Shown: positions 34,598 through 44,994 of the stretch, piece after piece
Layout of the letters: every line of letters begins with the position of its first letter
Position numbering within the stretch: position 1 is the first letter of the stretch
Origin: Pseudomonadota bacterium
GTDB lineage: Bacteria > Pseudomonadota > Alphaproteobacteria > Acetobacterales > Acetobacteraceae
Assembly (NCBI GenBank): GCA_021818505.1
Contig: JAKADX010000001.1
Span: 111,432-175,431 of the forward strand
Direction of reading: 5' to 3'
Length of the DNA stretch: 64,000 bases
The notes under the pieces: generated by a model
The model's input: only the letters and a program-made list of their open reading frames with translations
Told to the model about the DNA's origin: nothing
The model's database searches: none
Position numbers and translations under genes: made by a program

Positions 34598-37506
34598 GAC
34601 TCGATCTCCCCCACATGACGCACGAAGGCCGCGCGGACGTCCCGCGCCAGCGCGTCCAAGGTGGTCCGCAACCCGACGAGGTCAACCGCCGGCAACCCCG
34701 CCTCCGCCGCCGCGCGCAGCAGCGCATCGGCCGAGGCGGCGGCAAGCTGCTCGCCCGGCGCCCGCCCCTCGGTCAGCCGCAGCATCCCCTGCACCGTCCG
34801 CCAGGCGCGATCGGCGCGCACCAGCAGCGCCGCGTCCTCCGGTGCCAGCAGAGCGGCCTCGCCGAGCCGGGCAAGGGCCACGCGCGTGGTCGGGTGCGGG
34901 ACGCCGGGATGGGCGCGGGCATGGACAAGCTGCAATGTCTGGGCGAGAAGTTCCACCTCCATGCCGCCGCCCGCGCGATGCTTCACGTCCCACACGCCGC
35001 GCGCCGGCAGTTCCCGGGCCAGCCGCGCGCGCATCGCCGCGGCATCGGCGCGGATCGTCGCGGGATCGCCGCCAGCGGCGATGGCAGCACGAATTGCCGT
35101 GCCCACACGCTCGCGGAGCTTCGCCGGCCCTGCAACCACCCGCGCGCGGGTCAGCGCCATGCGCTCCCAGGTCCAGGCGGCGCCGCCCTCGGCCGCATGA
35201 TATCGCTCAAACGACGCCAGCGAGACCGCGACCGGGCCCTTGTTGCCCGACGGGCGCAGCCGCATGTCCACGGCGTACATCGGCCCGCTGGCGTCCGGCG
35301 CGGTCAGCGCGGCGATGAACGCGTGCACCGCACGCAGGAACCACTGGCTCGCCGGCAGCGCCCGCGCGCCGCTGCTCTCGGTCGCCTGTGCAGGGTGGTC
35401 ATAGACCAGCATCAGGTCGAGGTCCGAGCCGGTCATCATCTCCCGCCCACCCGCCTTGCCGAGCAGCACCACCGCCAGCCCGCCACCGCGCACGCGGCCG
35501 AAGCGTTGCGTGAAGTCATCGAGCACACGGGCCAGCAGGGCCGTGATCGCGGCGTCGGCGAGGGCCGAGCGCAATTCGCCGGCCGCGTCGGCGTCCTGCC
35601 GTCCCTCCAGCGTCGCGACGCTGATCGAGAAATCCTCCTCCCGCACGGTGCGGCGGATGATCGCGATCGCGTCCTCCAGCGCCCGCGCGTCGGCCAGCCG
35701 CGTGCGCAGCAAGCGCGGGTAGTCGGCTGCGGCCTCCGGCGCCAGCAGCCCCTCCAGCGCCGCCGGCGTGCGCGCCAGGTGCTCCGAGAGCATCGGCGCC
35801 GCACCCAGCACCGCCGCCACCCGCTCCAGCAGGCCGGGATTGCGCTGGAACAGCGAGAGCAACTGCACGCCGGTCGGCAGGCGCGAGAGGAAGTCGTCGA
35901 GCCGCGCAAAAGCGGCATCCGGCTCGCGTTGGCGGGCGAAGGCGGCGAGCAGGGCGGGCAGCATCTGCGCGATCAGCTCGCGTGCGCGCTCCGAGCGCAG
36001 TGCCCGCAGCCGGCCCGCGCCCCAGCCACGCACCGCGGCCACGATCGCGTCGGGATCGGCATACCCCATCGCCGCCAGCGCGGCGCGCGTCGTCGGCGGC
36101 GCCTCACCGACGCCGGAGAAGTCAAGGCCGGCCACGGTCGGCACCCCTGCCTGCGGCACCGTCTCAAACACCTCGCTGTAGGCGCGCCGCACCCGGCCGA
36201 GATGCGCGAGCAGCGCATCCGCAAACGACTCCGGCGCGGCATAGCCGAGAAACTGCGCGATGCGCGCCACCCCTTCGCGCGAATCGGGCAGGCTGTGGGT
36301 CTGCCGGTCGGCGACCATCTGCAGCCGGTGCTCGACACGGCGCAGGAAGCGGTAGGCCGAAGCCAACTCGCCCGCCGTGCGGCGCGGCAGGTGCCCCGCG
36401 CGCACCAGCAGGCGCAGCGCATCAAGTGTCGCCGGTGCGCGCAGCGTCGGATCGCGCCCGCCCCAGACCAGTTGCAGCGTCTGCGCCAGGAACTCGATCT
36501 CGCGGATGCCGCCGGCGCCGAGCTTGACGTTATGGCCGGCGATCCGCGCGATCCGGTCGGCGGCGGTCCCGGGCGCGCCACCCCGTTCGGCGTCGATGCG
36601 CCGTTTCATGGCGTGGATATCGGCGACCGCGGCGAAATCCAGATGCCGCCGCCAGACGAACGGGCGGATCGCGTCGAGGAACGCGGCACCGGCCACGCGG
36701 TCGCCGGCCACCGGGCGCGCCTTCAGCATCGCCGCGCGCTCCCAGTTCTGGCCCATGCTCTCGTAATAGGAAATGGCGGCCGGCAGGGCGATGCACGGCG
36801 CGGTGGCGGCCGGATCGGGACGCAGGCGCAGATCGACGCGGAACACGTAGCCGTCAGCGTCCCGCGCCTCCATCAGCGTCACCAGCCCGCGCGCGAGCCG
36901 TGTAAAGAAGGCGCCGGAGTCTTCGGCCGGCAACAGTCCGGCATCGGGATCGTGCAGAAGGATCAGATCGACATCACTGGAATAGTTCAGTTCGCGCCCG
37001 CCGAGCTTGCCCATGCCCAGCACCACGAGCCCGCTGCCGCGTGCCGGATCGTCGGGATAGGGCAGCGCGATCTCGCCCGTGTCATGTCCCGCCCGCAGCA
37101 AATGCGCTGCGGCGAGGGTGAGCGCCGCCTCGGCGAGGTCGGAGAGCGTGGCCGTGATGCGCTCCAGCCGCCACAGTCCGCCGATATCAGCCACCGCGAC
37201 CGCGAGGGCGATGCCCCGCTTGGCCTCGCGCAGCGCCGCGGCAACGCGCGCGCGCGGCGCCGACGGCGGCACGGCGGCGAGGGCAGCGAGCGCGCGCGCC
37301 ACCGCCGGCTCCGCGCCCTCGGCCGCGACCACGCGCAGCGCCTGCGGCTCGCGCAGAGCGAGTTCCGCCAGATACGGCGCGTTCCCGCCCAGCGCGCCCA
37401 ACAGGGCGGTGGGCACCGTGCCGTCGGGGTCGAGGGGAACAAATCGCTCCACCAGCCGCGCCGCGGCGGCGGCGTCGGCGGGCGGCGGCCAGGGGGCGGG
37501 CTGCAT
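34594..37506 (-). CDS. glnE: Bifunctional glutamine synthetase adenylyltransferase/adenylyl-removing enzyme
   Basis: About 970 aa with two nucleotidyltransferase halves (GMGKLGGRELNYSSDVDLILL and LGKAGGREMMTGSDLDLMLV). I prefer the start MQPAPW at 37506 over the track start at 37638. Confidence 0.9.
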   Translation of the reverse strand: MQPAPWPPPADAAAAARLVERFVPLDPDGTVPTALLGALGGNAPYLAELALREPQALRVVAAEGAEPAVARALAALAAVPPSAPRARVAAALREAKRGIALAVAVADIGGLWRLERITATLSDLAEAALTLAAAHLLRAGHDTGEIALPYPDDPARGSGLVVLGMGKLGGRELNYSSDVDLILLHDPDAGLLPAEDSGAFFTRLARGLVTLMEARDADGYVFRVDLRLRPDPAATAPCIALPAAISYYESMGQNWERAAMLKARPVAGDRVAGAAFLDAIRPFVWRRHLDFAAVADIHAMKRRIDAERGGAPGTAADRIARIAGHNVKLGAGGIREIEFLAQTLQLVWGGRDPTLRAPATLDALRLLVRAGHLPRRTAGELASAYRFLRRVEHRLQMVADRQTHSLPDSREGVARIAQFLGYAAPESFADALLAHLGRVRRAYSEVFETVPQAGVPTVAGLDFSGVGEAPPTTRAALAAMGYADPDAIVAAVRGWGAGRLRALRSERARELIAQMLPALLAAFARQREPDAAFARLDDFLSRLPTGVQLLSLFQRNPGLLERVAAVLGAAPMLSEHLARTPAALEGLLAPEAAADYPRLLRTRLADARALEDAIAIIRRTVREEDFSISVATLEGRQDADAAGELRSALADAAITALLARVLDDFTQRFGRVRGGGLAVVLLGKAGGREMMTGSDLDLMLVYDHPAQATESSGARALPASQWFLRAVHAFIAALTAPDASGPMYAVDMRLRPSGNKGPVAVSLASFERYHAAEGGAAWTWERMALTRARVVAGPAKLRERVGTAIRAAIAAGGDPATIRADAAAMRARLARELPARGVWDVKHRAGGGMEVELLAQTLQLVHARAHPGVPHPTTRVALARLGEAALLAPEDAALLVRADRAWRTVQGMLRLTEGRAPGEQLAAASADALLRAAAEAGLPAVDLVGLRTTLDALARDVRAAFVRHVGEIES

Positions 37507-37523
37507 GCGCGTCCAGGCTGCCG

Positions 37524-40500
37524 GTGAGACGGCTGGCTGGTCAAGCCGCGCGACATGGCGGGCGACTCGCCCACGCGCTGGCGCAGTTCGCCCTGGCGCT
37601 GCTGGTGGCGCTCTGCGTGGCGCTGGCGGCGATCGCATGGCGGCTGTCGCGCGGGCCGCTGGAACTGGCCTGGCTTGCCCCGATGGTGCAGACCCAGATC
37701 AACGACGACGCTCCGGCGCGCCTGACACTGGGCGGGGCCGCCATCGCCTGGGAGGGGTTCTTCGCCGGGCTGGACCAGCCGCTCGATATCCGGCTGACCG
37801 ATCTGGCGCTGACCGATCCGGCGGGACGGCACGTGCTGCGCGTGCCACGCGCCACGCTGGCGCTGTCGCCCGGCTGGCTGCTGCTCGGCCGGCTGGTGCC
37901 GCGCGCGGTGGAACTGGACGGCGTGCGGCTGCACCTGGTGCGCGCGACCGACGGCACGCTCGGCCTCGATCTGGCTGAGCAGCCTGCGACGGGCGGCGGG
38001 CCTGTCGATTTGCAGGGACTGCTGGCCGAGCTGTCGGCCCGGCCGATGACCGACGTCTCCGCCGGCGGTTGGTCGTCGCGCTGGAGCCAGTTGCGGCGGG
38101 TGCGCATCGCGGATTCCGCGCTTGACGTGACCGATCGCAGCCTCGCGGTGGATTGGCAGGCACGCGCGGTCGAAATCAACCTGCGACGACAGGCCGGCGG
38201 CGGGGTCAGCGGCAGCGTCTCGGCGGCGCTGGCGGTCGGCCATATCGATGCTCGGCTGACGGCCGGTGCGATGCTTGCCCCGGGCGGGCAACAGACCCTC
38301 GTGACCTTTCACCTCAGCCAAATCGACCCGGCGGCGCTGGCGCGGGTGGTGCGGCCAGCCGCGCCGCTGGCAGCGCTGGCGGCGCCGGTGGCGCTGTCGG
38401 GCGATGTGCGGCTCGGACCCGATCTGGCGCCGGCGGAGTTCACGCTCGCCGCCGAGGTCGGTGCCGGGACTCTGCGTCTTGGGAAGGGCACGGCGCCCAT
38501 CGTCGCGGCGCAGGCAACAGTGCGCGGCACGCCGACGCACCTCGTCGCCGACCTCGCCCGGCTGGTAACCGCGCCGCGGCCGGACGGCGCGCGCACGACG
38601 CTGACCGGCCACGCCGAGGCGACGCGCGACGGAGCGGGGGTGACGGCGACGGCCACGGTCGCCCTCGACCGCGTCGCCTTCGCCGACCTGCCGGCGCTCT
38701 GGCCCGAGGGTCTCGGCGGCCCGGGAACGCGACCCTGGATCGTCGCCAATGTCACCGACGGCATCGCGCAGGATTTTCACGTCGCGCTTGCCCTGACCGC
38801 CCCGCCAGATCTGTCCGACGTGACGCTGACACGGATCGCCGGCGGCGGCGTGGGCCACGACCTGACCGTCCACTGGCTGCGCCCGGTGCCGCCGATCGTG
38901 CATGGGGAAGCCCAGGTCAGCTTTCGCGACGCCGATTCGCTCGAAGTAGTTGCAACCGCCGGGCGCGAGCTGCTCGGGCGCGACGCGATCGCGCTGCGCA
39001 GCGGACGCGTGCTGTTCACCGGGCTGAGCGCGAAGGATCAGTTCGCCGACATCACCGCCGATCTTGCCGGATCGGTGCCGGCAGCCCTGGCGCTGCTGGG
39101 CCAGAAGCGGATCGGCCTGCTGCAGAAAAGTCCGGTGCAGGTGCAGGGCGCGGCTGGGCAGTTCGCGGGCCGCATCACGCTCGCGCATCTGCCGCTGCGC
39201 GACGACGTACGGCTGGATGACCTGCAGACCCGCGCGGCACTGAAGCTGACCGACGCGCGCGTGACAGGCATCGTCGCCGGGCGCGACCTGGACCATGGGA
39301 TGCTTGACTTGACTGCCGACCCGGACGGGATGCGCGTCTCCGGGCAGGCGTCACTGGCTGGGCTGCCGGCCACGCTCGACGCCAGACTCGACTTCCGTGC
39401 GGGCCCACCCGCGCAGGTGCTACAGGACATCACCCTCGCCGCCGCAATTGATGATGCGCGGCTTGCCGCATTCGGCATCGACACGGCCGGCGTGGCCAGC
39501 GGCACGGCGCAGGTGAACGCGCGGCTCGCGCTGCGGCGCGATCGCAGCGGCCAGGCCAATGTCACGGCCGATCTTGCCGGGATGGCGCTGACGTTGGAGG
39601 CGCTGGACTGGCGCAAGCCCCGCGGCCAGCCGGCACAGGCGCAGGCGCAACTGGTGCTGAAGGGGAACACCCTTATCTCGCTGGATTCATTGCTGGCACA
39701 GGGCCAGGAACTCGAGCTGCGGGGCGCGGCGAGTTTCACCGGCGGGCGGCCCGACCTGCTGCGCATCGACCGCCTGGTGCTCGGCCGGGACACCGACCTG
39801 CACGGCACGCTGCGCCCACCGCAGCAGCCGGGCGAGCCGTGGCGCGCCGATCTGGCCGGACGCAGCATCGACCTGGCCGGTGCGCTGAAGCGACGGCCAC
39901 AGACGCCGCCGAAGGGTCCGCAGAAGCCGGGGCCGCCGTATCGCGTGGACGCGCGCTTCGACCGGGTCGCCTTCGGCCCCGGCCGCGAGGCCGCCGCGGT
40001 CACCGCCCATGCCGAGAGCGACGGCAGCATCCTGCAACGCCTGACAATCGGCGGTCAGACGACGGGAGCACGTGCCTTCCGCCTGGAGATCGAGCCGCAG
40101 GGCAGCAGGCGGCGGCTGGCCGGCAGCGCGGCGGATGCCGGCGCGTTGCTGCGCGTTCTCGACATCTATCCCGACATGACCGGAGGGCGGCTGTCGCTGT
40201 CCGGGACTTATGACGATGCAGCCGCGGGCCACCCCCTCGATGGTCGTGTCGAGATTGTCGATTTCCGCGTCCGCCGGGCACCGGTGCTGGCCAAGCTGCT
40301 GGAGGCAATGACGCTGTACGGCGTACTCGATCTCGTGCGCGGACCGGGCCTCGGCTTCTCGCAACTGGTGCTGCCATTCACGCTCGCCGCGGACCGGCTG
40401 GACCTGCGCGACGCGCGGGCGTTCAGCCCGAGTCTGGGCATGACCGCCAAGGGGCGCATCGACCTGGCCCGCCAGACAGTGGATCTGCAGGGCACCATCG

Positions 40501-40712
40501 TGCCGGCGTATTTCTTCAATTCGCTGCTCGGGAATCTGCCGATCGTCGGGCGGCTGTTCAGCCCCGAGCGCGGCGGCGGCCTGTTCGCGGCGACCTACAC
40601 GCTGCGCGGCCCACTGATGGACCCGGACGTATCCGTGAACCCGCTGGCGGCGCTGACACCGGGCTTCCTGCGCGGCTTGTTCGGCCTGTTCGACCACGAG
40701 ACGACACCGTGA
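37524..40712 (+). CDS. AsmA-like / YhdP-type (DUF3971-like) giant envelope protein
   Basis: 1062 aa. N-terminal TM anchor FALALLVALCVALAAIAW, then a long beta-rich Ala/Gly/Leu/Thr/Asp-rich body. The C-terminal block GTIVPAYFFNSLLGNLPIVGRLFS...GGGLFAATYTLRGPLMDPDVSVNPLAALTPGFLRGLF is typical of AsmA-like C-termini. Confidence 0.7.
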   Translation: MRRLAGQAARHGGRLAHALAQFALALLVALCVALAAIAWRLSRGPLELAWLAPMVQTQINDDAPARLTLGGAAIAWEGFFAGLDQPLDIRLTDLALTDPAGRHVLRVPRATLALSPGWLLLGRLVPRAVELDGVRLHLVRATDGTLGLDLAEQPATGGGPVDLQGLLAELSARPMTDVSAGGWSSRWSQLRRVRIADSALDVTDRSLAVDWQARAVEINLRRQAGGGVSGSVSAALAVGHIDARLTAGAMLAPGGQQTLVTFHLSQIDPAALARVVRPAAPLAALAAPVALSGDVRLGPDLAPAEFTLAAEVGAGTLRLGKGTAPIVAAQATVRGTPTHLVADLARLVTAPRPDGARTTLTGHAEATRDGAGVTATATVALDRVAFADLPALWPEGLGGPGTRPWIVANVTDGIAQDFHVALALTAPPDLSDVTLTRIAGGGVGHDLTVHWLRPVPPIVHGEAQVSFRDADSLEVVATAGRELLGRDAIALRSGRVLFTGLSAKDQFADITADLAGSVPAALALLGQKRIGLLQKSPVQVQGAAGQFAGRITLAHLPLRDDVRLDDLQTRAALKLTDARVTGIVAGRDLDHGMLDLTADPDGMRVSGQASLAGLPATLDARLDFRAGPPAQVLQDITLAAAIDDARLAAFGIDTAGVASGTAQVNARLALRRDRSGQANVTADLAGMALTLEALDWRKPRGQPAQAQAQLVLKGNTLISLDSLLAQGQELELRGAASFTGGRPDLLRIDRLVLGRDTDLHGTLRPPQQPGEPWRADLAGRSIDLAGALKRRPQTPPKGPQKPGPPYRVDARFDRVAFGPGREAAAVTAHAESDGSILQRLTIGGQTTGARAFRLEIEPQGSRRRLAGSAADAGALLRVLDIYPDMTGGRLSLSGTYDDAAAGHPLDGRVEIVDFRVRRAPVLAKLLEAMTLYGVLDLVRGPGLGFSQLVLPFTLAADRLDLRDARAFSPSLGMTAKGRIDLARQTVDLQGTIVPAYFFNSLLGNLPIVGRLFSPERGGGLFAATYTLRGPLMDPDVSVNPLAALTPGFLRGLFGLFDHETTP

Positions 40713-41917
40713 TGCGCTGGGACCTGAATCACGTGATCGCCTATGGCCAGTCGCTCTCGACCGGCTGGGATGGACTGCCGCTGCTCGACAGCGCGCCCGT
40801 CGCCGACTGCCTGATGCTCGGCGGCAGCGTACGCCCGGCCGAGGAGGCGGCACCGCGCTTCCTGCCGGTCGGTCCCGCCGTGTTCCGCCCGCTGACGGCG
40901 ACCGCGCAGGGATCGCTCGGCACCACCGTGGTCGAATCGGCGCTGGGATACTGGCGGCGGCGCATGGGGGCGACGGCGCGCGGCGCCGGCTGGCTGCTCG
41001 GCAGCGCCTGCGGTGTCGGGGGGCGCACGATGGAGGCACTGTCGCGTGGCGCCGTGCCGGAACTTTTCAACCGCCTGCGCGAGTGCGCCGGCCGCGCAGG
41101 CGCGGCCGCGGCCGAGGCCGGCCTGACCCACGGCGTCGCCGCGCTGCTGCTGCTGCAAGGGGAGAGCAACGTTGCGGGTGAAGGCACGCGCGACCGCACC
41201 GACTACAAGGCGCTGCTGCTTCGGCTGCTGGACGACATCGCGGCGGAATGGGGCGGGCTGCCGCCGGTGCTGATCGGCCAGACCAGCGGCGCCTATGCCC
41301 ATGATGACATGGGCGTGCCCCAGGCGCAGCTCGACGCCGCGCTGGAACGCCCCGGCGTGTTCCTGGCAACCCCGACCTATCCCTACCCGGAGCGGAACGG
41401 CCATCCCGACGCCAACGGCCAGCGCTGGCTTGGCGCGCAATTCGGCAAGGTGCTGCACCGGGCGCTGACACTCGGCGACGCATGGCGCCCCTTGCATCCG
41501 CTCGGCGTGGAGCGGCGGGGCGACGTATTGCATGTGCGATTTCACGTCCCCTGCCCACCGCTCGTCCTGGGGCGGCCGTTCGTCGGCCAGGCGCGGGCCG
41601 CTATCGCCGATGCCGGATTCACCGTGGCCGACGCGCAAGGGCCAGTGCCGCTCGCTGCCGTCGCACTCGACGGCGGCGTCGAAGTACGGCTGATGCTGGC
41701 CCGCCCGCCGCGGCCCGGACCACTGACTTTGCGCTACGCCGACCTCGGCCATCGCGGTCGCGGGGCGCTGCACGACAGCGATCCGGCCTGCGCAGACGAA
41801 TGTTTCGATACCCGTTTCCGCGGCGCGCTTTACCCTGAGTCCGACGCTGCCGCGCTGCACGGCGTCGCTTACCCGCTGCGCAACTGGTGCGTAGCATTCG
41901 TCATGCCAGTGCTATGA
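40709..41917 (+). CDS. SGNH-type carbohydrate esterase, sialate O-acetylesterase-like (DUF303/SASA-like)
   Basis: 402 aa. N-terminal AYGQSLSTG (GQSN-type nucleophile block), LLLQGESN (QGESD-type block) and GHPDANGQRWLGAQFG (His block). Its ATG overlaps the AsmA-like stop (ATGA). Confidence 0.55.
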   Translation: MMRWDLNHVIAYGQSLSTGWDGLPLLDSAPVADCLMLGGSVRPAEEAAPRFLPVGPAVFRPLTATAQGSLGTTVVESALGYWRRRMGATARGAGWLLGSACGVGGRTMEALSRGAVPELFNRLRECAGRAGAAAAEAGLTHGVAALLLLQGESNVAGEGTRDRTDYKALLLRLLDDIAAEWGGLPPVLIGQTSGAYAHDDMGVPQAQLDAALERPGVFLATPTYPYPERNGHPDANGQRWLGAQFGKVLHRALTLGDAWRPLHPLGVERRGDVLHVRFHVPCPPLVLGRPFVGQARAAIADAGFTVADAQGPVPLAAVALDGGVEVRLMLARPPRPGPLTLRYADLGHRGRGALHDSDPACADECFDTRFRGALYPESDAAALHGVAYPLRNWCVAFVMPVL

Positions 41918-42128
41918 GCGGGCGCCGAAGGATTTGGTCTGACCGCGGTCGTATCCGTCTGCCGCGAACGTTCTGACTTTGCAGTTTTCTTCGACCCTAT
42001 GTTAGGCGATCGGTGCCCGGCCGTTACTTGGGTCAACCGACAGGGCACCGGCACGGGAAGGGGATTGGGGACCAAGGCCACAGGCGCGACAGCGCCGCTG
42101 ATCGCCCCACGTCACACTGCCGCAACAG

Positions 42129-42160
42129 CGGCCGGCCCTTTGGGCGGCCGTTCTGGTTTC
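42129..42160 (+). terminator. Candidate Rho-independent terminator in the convergent spacer
   Basis: cggcc(g)gccc-ttt-gggcggccg forms a 9-bp GC stem with one bulge, followed by ttctggtttc. It lies ~210 nt downstream of the esterase stop. Confidence 0.35.
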
Positions 42161-42209
42161 CGGGTCAGGCAGCATCGCGCAGGTGCGCGCATCGCGGCCC
42201 GGCCGCCGC

Positions 42210-43421
42210 TCACGGGTGCGGGGCACCGCCGTCCGCTGTCGGTTTGAGCTTCGCGCCCGCCAGAACGGCAAGCCCCCCTGCCGCCGACAGCAGCGAGGCG
42301 CCGAACACGGCTAGCTTGAGCTCTGTTTCACGCGCGGCATCGGTGAAAGCGAGGTGGCCGATGAACAGGCTCATGGTGAATCCGATGCCGCACAACAGCG
42401 CCGCGCCATACAGCAGGCGCCAGGTGAGCTGCGCCGGGAGGCTGACCAGCCGCAGCCGCCAGCCCAGCCATGTGACGCCGAACACGCCGATCTGCTTGCC
42501 CAGGAACAGGCCGACGACGATGCCCGGCACGATCGGGTCGGCCAGAGCGTCCCAGGACACGGTGTCGAAGCGCAGGCCGGCATTGGCCAGTCCGAACAGC
42601 GGCAGCACCAGATAGGCGACCCAGCCGGTCAGCGCGTGTTCGAGCCGCCGCGCCGGGTCACGTTCGTCCTCGCCCGCGTGCATTGGCACGACGAAGGCAA
42701 CAGCTACGCCGGCCAGCGTGGGATGCACGCCGGAATGCTCCAACAGCAGCCAGAGCAACACGAACCCCAGCATGAAAGGCCCGAGCACGCGTACCCCTGT
42801 GCGCCGAAGCAGCCACAGTCCGGCGACCACCAGCACGCCTGCGGCCAACGGCGCCAAGTGCAGCGATTCGGTGTAGAACACCGCGATCACCACGATCGCG
42901 CCGAGATCGTCAATGATCGCGAGAGCCGTGAGGAATACGATCAGCCCCGCCGGCACGCGCCTGCCGAGCACGCGGATTACCGCGAGCGAGAAGGCGATGT
43001 CGGTCGCGACAGGGATCGCCCAGCCGCGCAGCGCCGTCGGGTCGTGCCAGGCGAAGGCGATATAGATCGCCGCCGGCACCACCATGCCGCCGAGCGCCGC
43101 CAGCGCCGGTCCGGCGGCACGCGGCAGGGACGCGAGTTGGCCCTCGGTCAGTTCGCGCCGGATTTCCAGGCCGACCAGCAGAAAGAACAGCGCCATCAGC
43201 CCGTCGTTGACCCATGCGGCGAGCGGCCGCACGACCTCGCCGGGCCCGGCCACGATGCCGAACGGCAGACGCAGCAGCGCGAAATAACCGCCGGCGCCGG
43301 GGGAGTTTGCCCACACGAGCGCCACCACCGCGGACAGGATCAGCGCGAAGCCGCCGGCGCCACCACCGCCGAACAAGGCAAGCAGGGCGGCGAGACGCCG
43401 CGGCAAGGCCCGCTCGGACAT
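42210..43421 (-). CDS. nhaA: Na+/H+ antiporter NhaA
   Basis: 403 aa. WVNDGLMALFFLLVGLEIRRE, ATDIAFSL, and AIIDDLGAIVVIA. Confidence 0.92.
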   Translation of the reverse strand: MSERALPRRLAALLALFGGGGAGGFALILSAVVALVWANSPGAGGYFALLRLPFGIVAGPGEVVRPLAAWVNDGLMALFFLLVGLEIRRELTEGQLASLPRAAGPALAALGGMVVPAAIYIAFAWHDPTALRGWAIPVATDIAFSLAVIRVLGRRVPAGLIVFLTALAIIDDLGAIVVIAVFYTESLHLAPLAAGVLVVAGLWLLRRTGVRVLGPFMLGFVLLWLLLEHSGVHPTLAGVAVAFVVPMHAGEDERDPARRLEHALTGWVAYLVLPLFGLANAGLRFDTVSWDALADPIVPGIVVGLFLGKQIGVFGVTWLGWRLRLVSLPAQLTWRLLYGAALLCGIGFTMSLFIGHLAFTDAARETELKLAVFGASLLSAAGGLAVLAGAKLKPTADGGAPHP

Positions 43422-43467
43422 CGCAGCCCGGCCCTCTCTGGTCAGCAGACGGTGACTTGGGCGACGC

Positions 43468-44922
43468 TCAAGCGCGCCCGCGCGTCAACAGCCGCCCGGC
43501 CGGGGCGCCGGTGGCGCCTTCGCCCCAGACATAGGCCGGTTCACCATTGATCCAGGTCCGCTCGATCCCCGGCGCCGCGCGCGTCGGGTGGTCGAAGTCG
43601 GCGGCATCGCGCACCGTCACCGGATCAAACAGCACCAGGTCGGCATAGGCCCCCTCGCGGATTACGCCACGATCGACCAGCCCGAACACCGATGCCGTCC
43701 GTCCGGTCATCTTGTTGACGGCAGTCTCGAGGCTCATCAGCGCCAGGTCGCGCGCATAGTGGCCAAGCACACGCGGGAACGTGCCCCACAGGCGCGGATG
43801 CGGAAACGCGTCGTGCGGCAGCCCGTCCGAGCCGATCATGCTGAGCGGGTGAGCCAGGATGCGGCGCACGTCGGCCTCGTCCATCTGAAAGAAGATGCCA
43901 CCCGCGGGCAGCAGCCGCTCGGCCGCCGCGCGCAGATCGAGGCCCCATTCGCGAGCGATGTCGGCGAGCCAGCGGCCCTGCATCTCGGGATGCGGCACCG
44001 ACCAGGTGATGCGCGTTGGCACATCGTCACGAACTTTCGCCGGCATCAGCACGGTCGAGCCGGCGGCGTAGGGATAGACGTCGAAGGCGACGGGCTGCCT
44101 CGCCGCGCTGGCATCGATGGCCGCCAGCGTCTCAACCGAGCGGCCGAAATTCTCCGGTTGCGCGCATTTATGGTGGCTGATGACAACCGGCACGCCGACA
44201 TCGTGGCCGATGCGCAGCGTCTCGGTAATCGAATCGAGCACGCCGTCGCTCTCATCGCGCATGTGCGTCACGTACAGACCGCTTGCCGCGCGCAGGGCCG
44301 CGGCGACAGCGATCACCTCGTCGGTCGGCGCCATGGCGTTCGGCGGATAATAGAGGCCGGTCGAGAAGCCGGACGCGCCGGCAGCCAGCGACTCGGCCAG
44401 CCGCGCACGCATCCGTTCGGCCTCGCGATCGGTGGCGGCGCGCTGCGTGTCGCCGGCCATCGCCTCGATGCGCAGCGACATGTGGCCAATCAGAGCCACC
44501 GTGTTCACTGGCGCCGGCGTGCGCGCCAGTTGCTCGGCGTATTCGGCGAAGCTGCCGAAGCGAAACCAGCTCTCATCGCCCAGCAGGTCGAGCGGCGGAA
44601 TCGGCCGGCGCGCCATGCGGGTGGGCGACAGGCTGATGCCGCAATTGCCAACGACGACCGTGGTAACGCCCTGCGACATTTTGCACAGCATGCACTCGGC
44701 CCCGCATAGAACCGCGCGATCGTCATGCGTGTGGGCGTCGATGAATCCCGGCGCCAGCACCTTGCCCGCCGCCGTGACCTCGGTCTGCGCGGACCAGCCG
44801 CCGAGGTCGCCGAGACCGGCGATGCGGTCGCCGCGCACAGCGACATCGGCGCGCCGGCGCGGCGCCCCGGTGCCGTCGATGACGGTCGCATCGCGGATGA
44901 TCAGGTCGCAGCGCAACGTCAT
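43468..44922 (-). CDS. N-acyl-D-amino-acid deacylase (D-aminoacylase), amidohydrolase superfamily
   Basis: 484 aa. DLIIRDATVIDGTG...VAVRGDRIAGLG...VLAPGFIDAHTHDD...VVISHHK... and C-terminal ADLVLFDP. Confidence 0.8.
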   Translation of the reverse strand: MTLRCDLIIRDATVIDGTGAPRRRADVAVRGDRIAGLGDLGGWSAQTEVTAAGKVLAPGFIDAHTHDDRAVLCGAECMLCKMSQGVTTVVVGNCGISLSPTRMARRPIPPLDLLGDESWFRFGSFAEYAEQLARTPAPVNTVALIGHMSLRIEAMAGDTQRAATDREAERMRARLAESLAAGASGFSTGLYYPPNAMAPTDEVIAVAAALRAASGLYVTHMRDESDGVLDSITETLRIGHDVGVPVVISHHKCAQPENFGRSVETLAAIDASAARQPVAFDVYPYAAGSTVLMPAKVRDDVPTRITWSVPHPEMQGRWLADIAREWGLDLRAAAERLLPAGGIFFQMDEADVRRILAHPLSMIGSDGLPHDAFPHPRLWGTFPRVLGHYARDLALMSLETAVNKMTGRTASVFGLVDRGVIREGAYADLVLFDPVTVRDAADFDHPTRAAPGIERTWINGEPAYVWGEGATGAPAGRLLTRGRA

Positions 44923-44994
44923 GGCAGGCCCCCCGGCGGTTCGTTCGCGGCACAGCGTTGCGACGCCGCAAGCCCGCGCGCAAGCCCCCGGCGG

